54,295 bases of DNA from Prorocentrum cordatum (GCA_963575745.1 CAUYUJ010000252.1:62001-116295), one strand, 5' to 3'; positions 25,434 through 39,269 are shown, counted from the first letter of the stretch. Numbers and translations are program-made. The notes: a model not told the origin generated them from the letters alone.

Positions 25434-26781
25434 CTCCTCCTCCTCCTCCTCCTTCCTTCCTCCCCCATCCCTCCTCCCCCTCACTTTGTCGCTATGCATC
25501 CTCGTCGACCTTTGAAGGGGCATCGGGTGCCCAACGCCTCCGCAAGCTTTCCAGCCTGCAGCGGGCCTTGCGACGAGGCTCTTCCTGCACTCTGCCTCTC
25601 CCCCCCCTCCATCAGCACCGTGCTCCGCCAACCTGTATCCGATTGAGCTGTTTCTTTGTCGCGTTGCCACGGAGTGCACAGAATACTCGAGATGTGTTTC
25701 GGTCGCCCATTTCCTCTACAGTCAACCCGCGTAGTACGGATGAGCGACGTTCCAAGGCTACCCTTGCATCCTTCCTCTTCGGCCCATCCTTGGCCGCTTT
25801 CGCTGGCCGCGCCCCGCTCGCAAAGTGGCGGCATGGCCTTCCAAGGCCCTTGCATCCTTGTCGGGCGTCCTTATCATACAGTCGGAGCGCTGAAGAAGGA
25901 ACCCTTCTCGTTTGGGAGGGGCTCCGTGCTCCTTAGTTGTTTTACAGTTTTCTTTGGCTTGTCCTTCGCTTCTCGACCGGAAACCGAAGTCAAACCTGAG
26001 GAAAAATGGGGCCTCGTTCCTTATTTATCGTTCCTCAGGTCAACGCCCCGACTGTACGGGTTGACCGTATCTCTGCCTTCCCGAACAAAAACTCGTCCAC
26101 CCGTCTGCGCCTCGGAGCCTGGCCAGCCCGCGCACGGCCGGGCCACCGTGCCAGGCAGCCGCACCCTCCGGGTGCCGCTCCCTGCCCTCGCGCGGGCGCT
26201 GCCCTCCTGCGGCTGCCGTCCGGGGGCGCCCCATGCCGGCTCGTAGTGCAAACAAAGAGCACGAGCAGCAGGCAACTCCTGTCCTCGAGCCCGTTCCGTT
26301 CGACCTGCGCTGTCGGTCTGCGCGGTGCTGCTTCCATCTCTCGCGCTCCCTCCTCCCACTCCGCTCCCTTTCCCCTCCTTCCTGGCCCCTCCTGCTTCGC
26401 CCTCCGCCCTCCGCCCTCCCCCGCTCGCCATCCCCTCTGCTCCCGAGCCCTCCCATGCCAGCTTGCGCAGCACGCCTCCCTGGTAACACATCGTGTGTCA
26501 ATGCACTGCCCTCGCTGCTGTCTGGGGCCAGGGGCACAGACGTCGGGAAGCGCCCAGGGAGCACGGTATAGCGCAGACGCATTACGTGCCCTCCCTTCTT
26601 CCTTTTGCTGCTCCTTCCCTCACATATCCTTGCGCTCCTGATCTTTTCCCTTCTGCTCCTGCTTTCCTATGGAACCAGACAATGACATAACCATAAAAAC
26701 TCGGACCTCCGAGTTTTTATGCTTATGCCATTGTTTGTTTCCCTATCTCCGGACTGGCCAACCACTCCTCGCCCGCACAAG

Positions 26782-26925
26782 GAGTACAAGGCCCCCCCCG
26801 ACGGCGACGCCGACGCGAAGTCCTTGGTGATTGCGGAGCCCGAAATCCGTGGAGATCAGCTGGTCCCCGAGGACGACTTCCTCTTCATGGCGTGCGACGG
26901 TCTTTTCGATGTTTTCACCAACCAG
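26782..26925 (+). CDS. PP2C exon G: motif 8 (DGxxD)
   Basis: EYKAPPDGDADAKSLVIAEPEIRGDQLVPEDDFLFMACDGLFDVFTNQ. AG acceptor 26780-26781, GA donor at 26926. Confidence 0.93.
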
Positions 26926-28773
26926 GACGGCCTTCTCCTCGTCTATCTCCTCCTCCTCCTCCTCCTCCTCCTCCTCCTCCTCCTCCTCCTCCTCCTCCTC
27001 CTCCCCCCTCATCCTTCTGCTCTTTCTGGAAATCCCGAAACGCATTCGGAGCCAATCCTATCATGACATTGTGATCGTCCTGCCCTTCTCCTGCCTCTTC
27101 CATCTGTTTTCACCATCCAGGACGGCCCTCTGGGCGCTCTGCAGAGATCGTCGGCACCCTCAGGTTAGCCTAGCCTCTCGGGCCATCCGCTGTCGTCGCC
27201 TCAGATCACGGCCTCTTCTCTGCGGCGGGAGGTGCCTCTCTTGGAGCACTTGCCCCCGCAAGTGGCCTTGAGGAGGCGCCGAGAGGATCTCCTGCGTGGT
27301 TGATCATGTCTGTTGTCCTATCGTGCCTACGCCTACGCGCACACGAACCCTGATTCACCTTTTCCAGCGTGTTCGTCTAAGTGTCGCATTACTGTGGAGG
27401 AGGGACAACGGCGAGGGCGGAGCTGGCAGGGAGTGGTTGCCAGAACACCCATGGGCAAGAGGGTCTGTTGGGCAGCTGGTGTCCCTTCTCCACCCCTCTT
27501 CCACAGAATTCGAGGAGAGGTGAAACTGCAGAGGGGGAGAAGAAGGAGGAACAGATGGGGATAATGAGGTGAGGGGCAGGATGAAGCGAGAAGGAGGAGA
27601 AGGATGAGGAGGATGAGAAGGGAGGAGAGAGCAGGAGGAGGAGGAGGAGGAGGAGGAGGAGGAGAAGAAGAAGAGGAGCACGAACAATAATGAGAACGGA
27701 GGATGTGTGTGGAGCAATATGAGTAGCTGAGCCATGGCTTTGTCATTGCACGAATGGTGTTGAGGGCGAGTGTGGATGATGACGAGGAGAAGAGAGGAGG
27801 GAGAATGAGGAGGAGGAGGAGGAGGAGGAGGAGGGAGGAAGGAGAGAGCAGGTGGAGGAGGACGATGAGGCGGAGCTGGATGCTACAAGGAATGGAAGTA
27901 GGAGTTTCAGGAGACGGAGGAAAATGGGTGCGTGAGACAATTGCTCCGTCATATGAGCAGGTGCGCGCAGAAGGAAGAAAGCATACGTGACCCAGGGGGA
28001 ACAGTTTAGGGGCAGGGGGAAATTAATGGGGAGGGGGAACAACGAAGGGAGAACCAGGAGGGGTACTTAGGATGAGGGCAGCTCTCAAGAGGGTCGGATA
28101 TGCGTGCCCGTCTAGTTTCGTCAAGTGGTGCTTCCGTTCGGAATCCTGGTCTGGTCACGCGCGCGCACTCCTGGTAGAATGGCGCAGTCTGTTCAGGTTG
28201 TTGCCTATGGGATCGTTATCTGGTCTGATTCAGCCTGAGGCATCGGGGGGGCAGCGAGGAGTGTTGCCCGTGGATCATGTATTTCCACCTGGTGAATGCT
28301 TAGGGCAAGGGCGGCTGGAATGCCAGCGTTTCCCTGGATCGGGTAGTGGTCCCGTCTGATCGGTGAACTCTGAAAGGGCGAAGCGCTGTCAGAGGTATGT
28401 CTGGTCCTGCTCGAACCCTTCTTCGCCTCCGCCTTCCCGAACCAGCTTGTGTCACAGTAGGGCCGCGTTCTGTCGACTGGCGGCGACCCCGCCGCCGGCG
28501 TTCAACGTTGAACGCCGCCAGCGGCCCAGAATCGGGCGGTTGAGCGATCCCCGCTGGGATCGTGCCAGGTCGGAAGGTCCCTGGGGTATCAGAAATCGAC
28601 GCCGAAGTCGGCACGACACGTTCCTGCTGTATGTGATCTCCCCCGTTGAAGTAGCTTCGGGTGCATGGCACGTCATCTGGGGGCCCCTGTCTTTGGTTCT
28701 GGCTCGCCAGCTCGAGCCCGCCCCACACCGTCCTCCTCGACTGCGGGCGATGGAGTGCCCCGGCTTTGCGAAG

Positions 28774-28863
28774 GAGGCGGTCGACTTCATCCACTCACGC
28801 CTGGCTGCCATGCCTGCGAGCGAGCAGGATCCCAAGCGAGTGGTGGAGGACATCGTTCACGAG
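28774..28863 (+). CDS. PP2C exon H
   Basis: EAVDFIHSRLAAMPASEQDPKRVVEDIVHE, giving TNQ|EAVDF as typical for PP2C. AG acceptor, GC donor at 28864. Confidence 0.9.
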
Positions 28864-29734
28864 GCTGCGCGTCGGGCAGGGAGTGTCACTCGAAATGAAG
28901 TTGCATACTTAACTGGACGAATTGATCAAACACGACAGTGACCTCACCATTCCATGACTGATGTGCAGACAACTAGGCAATGGCACGAAGAGGACCGATC
29001 GGGAGGGTACGAGCAGTAGGTCAAGGTCGCGATCGCCACGATTGCAATCCTCTGCTGGGAATACAGCGAAGCAGTGAGGCTGGCTTCGGGTAGTAGGGTT
29101 GTCACTTGCGAAATATGAGGGGGCCAGGGGTCTGGCAATGGGAAGAGCATGCCGAGGCCGATGATGTAGATGAGAAGAGGATAATCATGGTGTGGATGGT
29201 GTTGGTGATGTTGAGGAGGAGCAGCATGGCAATGACGGTGACGGTGGTTCGTGATGATGAAGGTGACGACGGGGAGGGGGATGAAGAGGAGTATAATCGC
29301 GCGGCGGATAACAGGGAGGGGAGGAGAAGAAGGATGACGAACATGAGGGTAGGAGGGTCGAAGGGGTTGGGACGGATGGGACACTCTCAGGGTGGGCAGG
29401 GCGGGAAGCAGCACACGCGGGACCAGGTTTGGGAACAGGGGTGAGGAGTTGGAGGAGGAGGAGGAGGAGGAGGAGGAGGAGGGGAGGAGGAGGAAAAGGA
29501 GGAGGAGGAGGAGGAAAGGGGGGGAGGAAGAGAGGGAGGAGAAGGCAAACTCTGACGAATACGAGGAAACAAGTGGCGGGGCCAAGGGCGTGCACATGCA
29601 TACACGCTCGCACACTCGTGCTCGCACGCGTGCGTGTACGTAAGAACACGAATGTGCTCGAATGCACCCATGGCTCCGTCTCGGGGAACACGCACATGCC
29701 CGAATGTGAATCACGCGCGTGTTCTTCCGAGCAG

Positions 29735-29815
29735 GCGATCGACCAGCGGCGCTCCCGCGACAACGTCACTGCGCTGCTTGTGACCTTCCGCCGGCAAGTG
29801 ACGCCAGGGAGGTAG
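29735..29815 (+). CDS. PP2C exon I: motif 11 (DN), stop at 29813-29815 if not spliced further
   Basis: AIDQRRSRDNVTALLVTFRRQVTPGR*, with the S.DNxT catalytic Asp. CAG acceptor 29732-29734. Confidence 0.9.
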   Translation, partial: AIDQRRSRDNVTALLVTFRRQVTPGR

Positions 29816-30745
29816 GCAAGTCCCGCTGTGCCCAATTGTGGCTTCCACAAGCTTCGGGTGTGGTAACGCGGGGGCAGGCGAAGGACGATGAGCAGGAGGG
29901 GTGCGACGACGAGGAACGAGGGGGCCGGGGGATGTGGAGGAGGAGGAAGAGGAAGAGGAGGGTAAGGACGAGGAGGAGGGGGAAGCGAAGAAGGATCAGC
30001 GGAATGAGGATGTGGAGAGGCTGGAGAAGCAAGAGGAAGCAGTGGAGGAGCGAGGAGGAGGAGGGGGAGGAGGAGGAGGAGGAGGAGGAGGAGGAGGAGG
30101 AGGAGGATGATGATGATGAGGGAGGAGAATGAGGAGGAGGAGGAGGAGGAGGAGGGGAGGAGGCGGAGGAGGAGGAGGAGGAGGAGGAGGAGAGGCGGAG
30201 AAGGAGGAGGAGCGAGGCGGAGGAGAAGAAGAAGAAGAAGAGAAGAAGAGAATAAGAGGAGGAGGAGGAGGAAGGGGGAGGAGGAGGAGGAAGGAGGAGG
30301 AGGAGGAGGAGGAGGAGGAGAGGGCAGGGGCTGCCAGCACGACTGGGAACCAACTCCGCCACCCAGGGCAGCATCCGCGAGCCCAGCAGCGCCACTGTGA
30401 CCCGCACGCCGGCACAAAAGCAGCGCGGGCGGGGCCAGCGGCGCGAGCGCCAGAGGCCCGCCGCGGACCCAGCGCCCCTCTCGAGGCGGGGCCCCTTTTA
30501 GTGCGGGCAGCACCGCCGGGGGGCCGGGGTCCCGGCGAGCAGCGGCAATGGGGAGGGCGGCAGCACGCCCGGGGCCAGCAGCTGCCGCGCAGGACAGTTC
30601 TGTGGGGGGCGTGGCGGCAGTCACCGCTGGCCGGTGCGTCGGCGAGCAGCACGGGTGAGAGGAGGAGCTCGGGTGCTCCCAGCACGGCTGGGGCCTGCAC
30701 GGCCACGGTCCGAGACGGCCCGTGCGAGGCCGCGCGCCCCCACAG

Positions 30746-30791
30746 GCATCTTGGCCAGCACGTCGGCGACCTGTGCGAGCGAGAGCTCTGA
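30746..30791 (+). CDS. Candidate additional terminal exon of the PP2C gene
   Basis: GT donor AG|GTAGGC at 29812 overlaps the exon I stop. Acceptor gcccccacAG at 30744-30745 gives in-frame (R)HLGQHVGDLCEREL*. Confidence 0.4.
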
Positions 30792-33399
30792 GCGAGGCCA
30801 GCAACAGTTCGGCACGTCGGCGAGCAGTGCGAGTGAGAGCGGCAGCACAGGCGTCATCAGCACGACCCAGAACGGCACAGTCATTCCCAAAATCAGTAGC
30901 GCGACCATTAACCGCCGCTGGCCAGCAGGCTTTGCAGCACGAGTGATAGCAGTAACGCGAGGGTTCGAGCGACCAACGGCACCATTCGTCAACCCTGCTG
31001 GCCGCATGAAAGGCGGCGTATGCCTGACCGCCTAGTTTCGCAGTGACCTAAGCAGCCCGTGTTTTGCACGAGGGACGCCTGTCTGCATCTGGTCAGGGAT
31101 GTACGTTTGCATCGGGGCCCTCCGTGGTGCTAGCCTGCATTCTGCCAATGACGGATCGATCAGCCTCGCCAGATCTTCTCCTACCTTGGCCGTGAATCTG
31201 CTTATGCTCTCGGCTGCATCGCGCACCACAGTCAGTTACGTTGCGGCGCCCCCCTGCTTTTTCATCGCGGCCTCCTGCCGCGGAGTGCAGGAGGAGGTGG
31301 AGAACAAGGACGGATAGGAGGATAGAGCCGAAGGGCCACGACAAACCCATAGGTGCATCTGTAACGGCAGCACGGCGGACGGCAGCCAAGTCAGAGGGGT
31401 GCGAGCGCCACTTGGCAGTTTGGATACCTCGACGCGCCGTCAGAATGACCCAGAAGCAGCGTGCCGCGCGCAGAGTTGCCGGCCTCTCCAGCAGCAGGCT
31501 CTGCAGCCGTTGCCACGCCACCTCGCCACAGGCGGGGTCCCATCGGCTGGCCGAGAAGCTTGGGCACAGAAGGTGCAAGTTCTGGCGCTACTCGATGTGT
31601 GAACCCATCGGAAGATAGTGCAGACCAGCAAGCACGACTTGAACGCCTTCGTGCTGAAGGGATGGTCACATGGCCCCCTCACTCTGGTTATGCTATGTCC
31701 TTGCTGGTCTGCCTTAGTGAAGGTCATGAAGTTCGCAGGCGGTGATGGCGCCATGAAGTACAAGCCCGTAGCGTACCAGCTTATTTTCATCATCTAGCAC
31801 TTGTTCGAACATCTTGCTCAGGCAACAGCGACCCTGAGGATACGCTAACATGACAGCTTAAAGTGCGTTTGTGATACGTCTTGCATCGTAAAGTGCAGCA
31901 GGCTTCGAGGCTTTCTGCTCTATTTGCAAGCTAGGCTTTGTTACTACGTGGTATATACGTGGCTTGTAGCCGCTGGCGACTTTGTCTTTGACTCCACCTC
32001 CATTAAGCATGTTTGGACTCCGCACTGCTTTCCTTTGGGAGACGCGCTTTCGGTCCTCATGCAGGCTACATCGGGTGCGCGACGTTCTTTTCTTTGACAC
32101 TTGCTGTTCTGGATATGAAAGCCGCGTTTGGTAATTCCCAAATCCATGTTTTGTCCTCAATCATCAAGTCCGGGCGGGAGACGTCTTTCATGCAGTGCTC
32201 AATGTTTCTTCCAGGTTCGCCTTAGTCTGATGGGGCCCCCTTGCAAGCTGGCGGAAAGCAGGTGGGAATAGGACCGCCTGGTTATGTGAGCACGACTGCA
32301 GAGCATGTCCTGGAGCTTTTTATCTGATCTTGCAATGGCGTCTCACACAATCCTGTTTTTTCGACATCTCTGATGGTGGTTACAACTTCTCGCACCTGAT
32401 ATGGACCAACATGTTTCTTTTTTCTTCCAGAGGTCCCCGCGAGTTTTCGATACGGCGACGGACCTGACCGAGGCTTCGAGCTTCTACTTTGCTTCGAATC
32501 TTTAGACCTTGGAGTGCATGCTATGCGGATCATTACTTGGTTCTTGCAGCGGTGCGGCATCTGTCCAAGGTCGACCGCCTCAGTGCAAATACCCGTCCCT
32601 CCGTAGTTGCATGCAGCTTTATGATGTTGAGGCCTGCTTGAGTGCTCTGGCCAAAACGGAAGTTTCTGCGGAGTTTAGTTTTTACAAAGTCGGTGCTGTC
32701 TTCTCGGCGAACATCCGCGTGCTCAGTGACCCGGTTTGCTTTGCTAGCAAGTAGCTGGTTTGGTCGACAGTGCCGGTTGCGTGTGCAATGATTGGTCCAG
32801 GCGCGAGGCACTTAAGGAACAGTCTTCTCGGCTGTCCTCCTTCGTGAGAGTGCCAGTTTTTCAGACGTGATTTACAATTGAGGCGGAAGCCCGATGAACA
32901 ACTATTCACCTACAAGGCCTGGACGTCTGCTGAAATTGTTTTTGAGCCATCACACCGTTGAGCATCAGAATGTTGACGACGGCTGCCAACAAGCTCGAGT
33001 TGCGGGACATACCCTTTCCTTCGCGTGGGGGGCGGGCACTTCTTGCACGAGTCGCGTGTCTTTCGAAATAGGTTGTGGTTGGAATGTGTGAAGCGTTAGC
33101 ATTGTTCAAAGCGTCACGGGATCAGATGGCGCTCCCGGTTGATGCATTTTGTGGGGAGGTGTGCTTTGCTTTTCCTTGTGTCCAGAGTTGAGCTCCGGGC
33201 GATGCCAATCAACCAATCAACTTCGTTGCAATATTGGGTGCAGCAGTCCCCCCAGATTTCCGAATACTGCCGCATCGCTTTGGGACCAAACCATTGGCAG
33301 AGCTTCGACAATCGATTCGGAACCCGTCCTTCCAGCAGTCCAGCGCCTCCGAGTAAAGAGATGCACTGGAATATGTTGACCATCGCGGATCTCCAACAG

Positions 33400-33735
33400 T
33401 GTGTGTCTTGCGATCAATCGTGTGCGATCCAAGTGGGCAATCTTTGTGATGCAGTCTATGTTGTGCAAAATAGGCGGTGCAATCTATGTGGTGCAGCCTA
33501 TGTGGTGCGATCTATGTTGTGCCACGTGCGTCGTGCAATACGCATATGTCGTGCAATCTGTGTTGTGCAACTTGTGTGGTGCGATATACGTTGGGCAATA
33601 TAGGTGGAGCAATCGGTGTGGTGCAACCTATCTGGTGCGATCTACGTGGTGCAAGCTGTGTGGTGCGATATGTGTGGTGCGATCTTGTGAATATGTGTGC
33701 TGCAGTATACATGGTGCGATCTATACTGTGCAATT
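33400..33735. repeat. ~15-bp minisatellite (tgtggtgcgatctat-like)
   Basis: Degenerate tandem units. Confidence 0.85.
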
Positions 33736-33744
33736 CACTTTGAC

Positions 33745-36700
33745 CGTCTTGAAGCTGTCCGCTCCACTGCTCGTGCAAACATCCCACCCTCCCACCCGCA
33801 ACTTGGTCGCAAGACCTCTTAAGGCAAGACCGTGACGGTGTGTACCACATGGCACTTGGCCACGACACCGACGCCGACGACGACAGCGACAACGACGACG
33901 GCGGCGCCGCCGACACCGACTACGACGACACCGACGACGTCTCCAACGACTTCGACGACGGCAACGACGACGACGACACCGACGACGACGACGACGACGC
34001 CGACGACGACGACGACGACGACGAGGGAGGAGGGAGGACGACGACGGCGACAACGACGACAACGACGACAACGACGAGGGAGGAGGGAGGACGGCCACGA
34101 CGCGAACGACGAAGAAGGAGGAAGGACGGCGACGCCGACGACGACAACGACGAGGGAGGAGGGAAGACGACGACAACAACGACAACGACAACGACGACGG
34201 CGACGAAATAGGGCGGACGACGACGAGACGCCGACGACGGACGACGACGACGACGACGACGACGACTACGGAGGAGGAGGAAGGACGACCACGGCGACAA
34301 CGACGACGGAAACGACCACGACGTCAAAGAAGACGACGACGTCGAACACGAGGAAAGACAGAGGACGACGTAGGCGACGACGACGACGCGGGAGGAGGGA
34401 GGACGGCGACGACGACGACGTCGACGCAAGAGCGCGCGCGCACGCTTTTGTTGAAAATCCGTGTTGCGAAACCTTGTGTTTTTGTAGGTTTTTTGGACAC
34501 ACGATTTTGAAACCCTTCGAAACCGATGGGTTTTGAAGGATTTCGGCGTACGCGCGCGACGACGCGCGCGTCTGCACTTCGTTCAATTTTCTGCAGAGGA
34601 TTCTCGCGACGGCATGCGCGCAGGGGCGTTCGACAGATTTCGACATGAGCGCGCGCGAAGCCCGTTTGATAGCATTTTGTGAAAATCTTGAAAAACCTAT
34701 GGTTTTCTTAATATTTCGCAAGAGCTCGCGCGGACACTTTTTTAGCAAATCAGTGTTGCGAAACCCTTCCGACACCGAGGGTTGTTGAAGGATTCCGGCA
34801 TGCGTGCGCGACGACGCGCGCGTGTGCACTTCGTACCTTTTTTACAAAGGGATTCGCGAAACAGTATTATGTAAGAGCAAAACATGTCACCGCATAGTGT
34901 TTTTTACAAGGGAACCTCAGGAGGGGAACCCGGCCCCCTGGGATAGTGTAGATTCGCACTTAGGATGGAGATGTGGTCAGAAACAAATGTGATTTGCATA
35001 TCCGGAAGGGGGACCGATAACGGCGTGTGGGGGGGGGTAGAGTCTATTCTGTTTTAAGAAAGGATAATCAATCACTTGCTCAACTTGAAGCTGTGCTCTC
35101 CACTGCTCGTGCAAACACCCCACCCTCCCACCCGCAACTTGGTCGCAAGACCTCTCAAGATCGTGACGGTAGGTACCAATTGGCACTTGGCAGCGACACC
35201 GACGCCGATGACGACAGCGATAACGACGACGACGACGACGACGACGCCGCCGACACCGACGACGACACCGACGACGTTTCCAACGACTTCAACGACGACA
35301 ACGACGACGACGACACCGACGACGACGACGACGACGACGTGTGCAATAGATGTTGCGCAATCCATGTGGTGCATCCGACGCGGTGCTATTCACTTGCCGA
35401 ACCCGACGTTGTCAATTCCACTGCCTGCGCAATCATCCCACCCACCCACCCACAACTTGGGTTTGCAAAACTCATGCGGGAGCGATTGCGATGAGTGCTT
35501 GGCGCTGGCTGGTGCATTTGTGCAGCCGCGCCAGCCCGCGCATGCACGCGCGCGCGCAGCGGCCAGCTTGTCTGGCGCGACCGACGCAGCCGCGGTGGTG
35601 CTGACCGCTGGGCACATCCCAGCGGGCACTTCAGTGCGAGTCGGTGACTTGGGCGGGCGCGGTATTATGGCAACGTCGACAACGATAGACACCATGATGA
35701 TCGTAGCGATGCTGGCGACGATGCTGACAGCGACGACGGGGCAGCCGGTGACGGCGCCGATGTGGTCACGTCGGCGATGAAGGTTTTGGAAGGAGTTCGA
35801 AATGCGCGCGCAGCGGACGCGCGAGAGTGGCCCGCATGGTTGTATTTGGCACGGATCGCGCCACCCAAGCGCGCGCGCAAGGGTGTTCGAACGATGTCGA
35901 CGCGCGCGCACGAACCCCGTTTGGTAGAGCATGGTTTTCTTAAGAGTTCGCAAGAGCGCGCGCAGGCTTTTTTGTTGGTAATCCGTGTTGCGATACCATG
36001 TGTTCTTATATACTTTGACATTCGATTTCGAATTCCTTACGGGACCGAGGGACTTTGAAGGATTCCGGCATGCGCGCGCGACGACGCGCGCGTGTGCACT
36101 TCGTTTTTGTGATAAACGAGTGTGCGCGCGTATTTCTTCCAGAGGATGGCGGGGGGGCCGATTCCGGTTGGTTGGGCTGGGATGGTACGAGCTCATATTT
36201 AGAATGGGCGATGGGGCAGGATCATATGTAAACTGCAATACGAAAAGGGGGACCGATAATCCCGGGGGGGGGGGGGAGGCAATAGGAAGGGTTTTTTTTT
36301 TTTTTGTGTTTTAGTTTGGAGAGGGTTTTTGGTGCATTTTCGTTTACTTCGTGTTGGTGTCTTTGTTAAATGGGTTTTATTTCTACTAAAAAGAGACTAA
36401 TTTCTGTCCGGGTTTGTGTGGGCCCAATCCACCAGTGCTCAACTTGAAGTTGTCCACTCCGCTGCTCGCGCAAACATCCCACCCACCCACCCGCAATCTG
36501 GCTTGCAAACCCCATGCAGTGGCGATTGCGATGAGTGCTCGGCGCCGGCTGGTGCATCCCTGCGGCCGCGACAACCCGCGCTTGCACGCGCGCGCAACAG
36601 CCAGCTTGATTGGCGCGACCGACGCAGCCGCGGTGGTGCTGACCGCTGGGCGTATCCCAGCGGGCACTTCAGTGCGAGTCGGCGATTTGGGCGGGCACGG

Positions 36701-37460
36701 TATCATGGCAACGTCGACAACGGTAGAAACGGCGATGATCGTAGCGATGGGTGTGACGATGCTGATAGCAACGAAGGCACGGCCAGTGACGGCGCGGATG
36801 CTGGTCACGCCGGCGACGACGTCGGCGTCTTCGCGTCGGTGATGGAGGTTTTGGAAAGCAGGCGCGCGCGGCCGACGCGCGAAAGTGGCCAGCGTGGTAT
36901 TATTTGAAACGGATCGTGCCCCACAACACGCGCACACGCGCGCAAAGGGCGTGCGAATGATTTCGGCATGCGGCGCCAGAGGCCCGCTTGGCAGAATTCC
37001 ATGAACATGCTGAAAACCGCCGCTTTTCTTGACAAGTCGCAAGATCGCGAAACACATACCCTTACGAGACCGAGTTTTTTTACTATATATATACATTCAT
37101 ATATAAACACTAAAAAATGTTTCTAACTAAAAACGGAGTTCGGTATGCGCGCGACGACGCGCGCGCGTGCCCTTCGTTTTGTTTTTTGCAAGCGATTCTC
37201 GCGACGGCACGCGTGCAAGGGCGTCCGAATGATTTCGCTATGCGCGCGCGAAGCCCGTGTGGTAGCATGTTCTGAAACTGATGACGCAACTACTTTTCAT
37301 TTTCAAATTCGCAAGAGCGCGAGCGCACATTTTTTTGTGTGGGGGGCTGAACGTCCACTTTCGATTTTCAAAGTCTTAGGGAACCATTTTTAACATGCGT
37401 ATAGATATTTATTATTTCGGCACGCGCGCGCGACAACGCGCGTGCGCGCACTTCTTTTCA
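33745..37460. repeat. Cluster of interspersed repeat modules with (GAC)n arrays
   Basis: ttgaag...ccactgctcgtgcaaac..cccacc..cccacccgcaa at ~33750, 35085, 36445; ~35480-35900 similar to 36520-36960; ggggaccg.taa module at ~34920, 36140, 38770; gcgcgcgacgacgcgcgcg repeats. Confidence 0.8.
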
Positions 37461-37475
37461 TTTTTTGCAATATTA

Positions 37476-38714
37476 TTCCCAACCATCCTGTGGTGTTGGG
37501 TCCTCGTTTTGAAGAAACGGTCCCCGCGTTCCTCTTCTCCTCTCCTCCTCCCCCTCCTCCCCCTCCTCCCCTCCCTCCTCCTTCTTCCATGCGTTTCACC
37601 CACCCATCACAGCGCTTCGTGGCCCCAAAGGGACCTCCACCGAAGGTCCGAATGGCACCGCCCGCATGCGTCCGCCACCACCCAGCACAAACCGTGTTCC
37701 CTGCGCTTCACCCATCCAATACAGCGCTTCGTGGCCCCATAGGGAGCCCCACGGAAGGTCCCACTGGCGCGTGCGTCCGCCACCACCCAACACGGCCCTT
37801 GCTCCCTGCGTTTCGCCCACCCACTGCAGCGTTTCGTGGCAACATATGGGGGCTCCACCGAAGGTCCCAGTGGCACCGCCAGCATGCGTCCGCCACCACC
37901 CAGCACAGCCCTTGTTCCCTGCGCTTCATCCACCCAGTATAACGTTTCGTGGCCCCACAAGGGGGCTCCACCGAAGGTCCCAGTGGCACCGCCCGCATGC
38001 GTCCGCCACCATCCAGCACAGCCCTTGCTCCCTGCGTTTCATCCACCCAGTCCAGCGTTTCGTGGCCCCATAAAGGTGGTTCCACCGAGGCCCCCAGTGT
38101 GGCACCGCCCGCATGCGTCCGCCACCACCCAGCACAGCCGTTGCTCCCTGCGTTTCACCCACCGAGTACAGCGTTTCGTGGCACTATAGGGAGCCCCACC
38201 GAAAGTCCCAGTGGCACTGCCCGCATGCGTCTGCCACCACCCAGTACAGCCATTGATTCCTTCGTTTCACCCACCCAGTACAGCGTTTCGTGGCCCCAAA
38301 GGGGGCTCCACCGAAGGTCCCACTGGCACCGCCCGCGTGCGTCCGCTACCACCCAGAACAGCCTTTGCTCCTTGCGTTTCACCCACCCAGTACAACGCTT
38401 CGTGGCCCCATAGGGGGTTCCACCGAAGGTCCCAGTGGCACCGCCCTCATGCGTCCGCCACCACCCAGCACAGCCCTTGCTCCCTGCGTTTCACCCACCC
38501 AGTGCAGCGCTTCGTGGCCCCATAGGGAGCCCTACAGAAGGTCCCAATGGCACCGCCCGCATGCGTCCGCCACCACCCAACACGGCCCTTGCTCCCTGCG
38601 TTTCACCCACCCAGTACAGCGTTTCGTGGCCCCATAGGGGACGCCACCGAATAAGATATTCACAATTGCGGTGCTCACAACTGCATATGGTTGGGTCATT
38701 CGCCAGGCTAATTC
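37476..38714 (+). mobile_element. Head-satellite-tail element, copy 1 (~9 units of a ~112-115 bp repeat); possibly non-autonomous Helitron/Helentron-like
   Basis: Head ttcccaaccatcctgtggtgttgggtcctcgttttgaag, tandem unit cgtttcacccacccagtacagcgtttcgtggccccatagg..., tail ...cacaactgcatatggttgggtcattcgccaggctaatt. Confidence 0.65.
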
Positions 38715-39269
38715 GACAATGCTGATTTCTGATAAACGAGTGCTCGCGCATAATATTTGTTGCAGAGGAAGGCGAGGGGGCCGATACCAGCCCCCTTGGG
38801 ATGGTGTAGATTCATATTTCCGATGGGCGATGGGGCAGAATCGTGTGTAACTTGCAGTGCGATCAGGGGGACCGGTAATCCCAGAGGGAGAGGATAAACA
38901 TTATTTTTTAGAAAGGATTAGCAATGCGGTGCAATCTACGCGAGGCGGCGACGGGGCGGCGATGGCGACGGCGGGCGGCGACGGCGAGCACGGAGCCGTC
39001 AGGCCGCCACCAAGGCCCAGGAGACGGGCGGCGCCGAGGCGGCGACGGGGCGGCGATGGCAAACACGGAGCACCCAGACCGCCAGCCGACCTCCAGACGA
39101 CGGGCGGCGACGAGGCGGCGACGGGGCGGCGACGGCGAGCACGGAGCTGCCAGACCGACAGCCCCATCCAGTTTCGGAGAAAACGAACAAGAACCCGTAA
39201 GCGCAAACACTGTTTGGGGAATTTTCCTGGTTCACACGCCATGCCTAACGCCTCCCGTCCGGATTTTTA

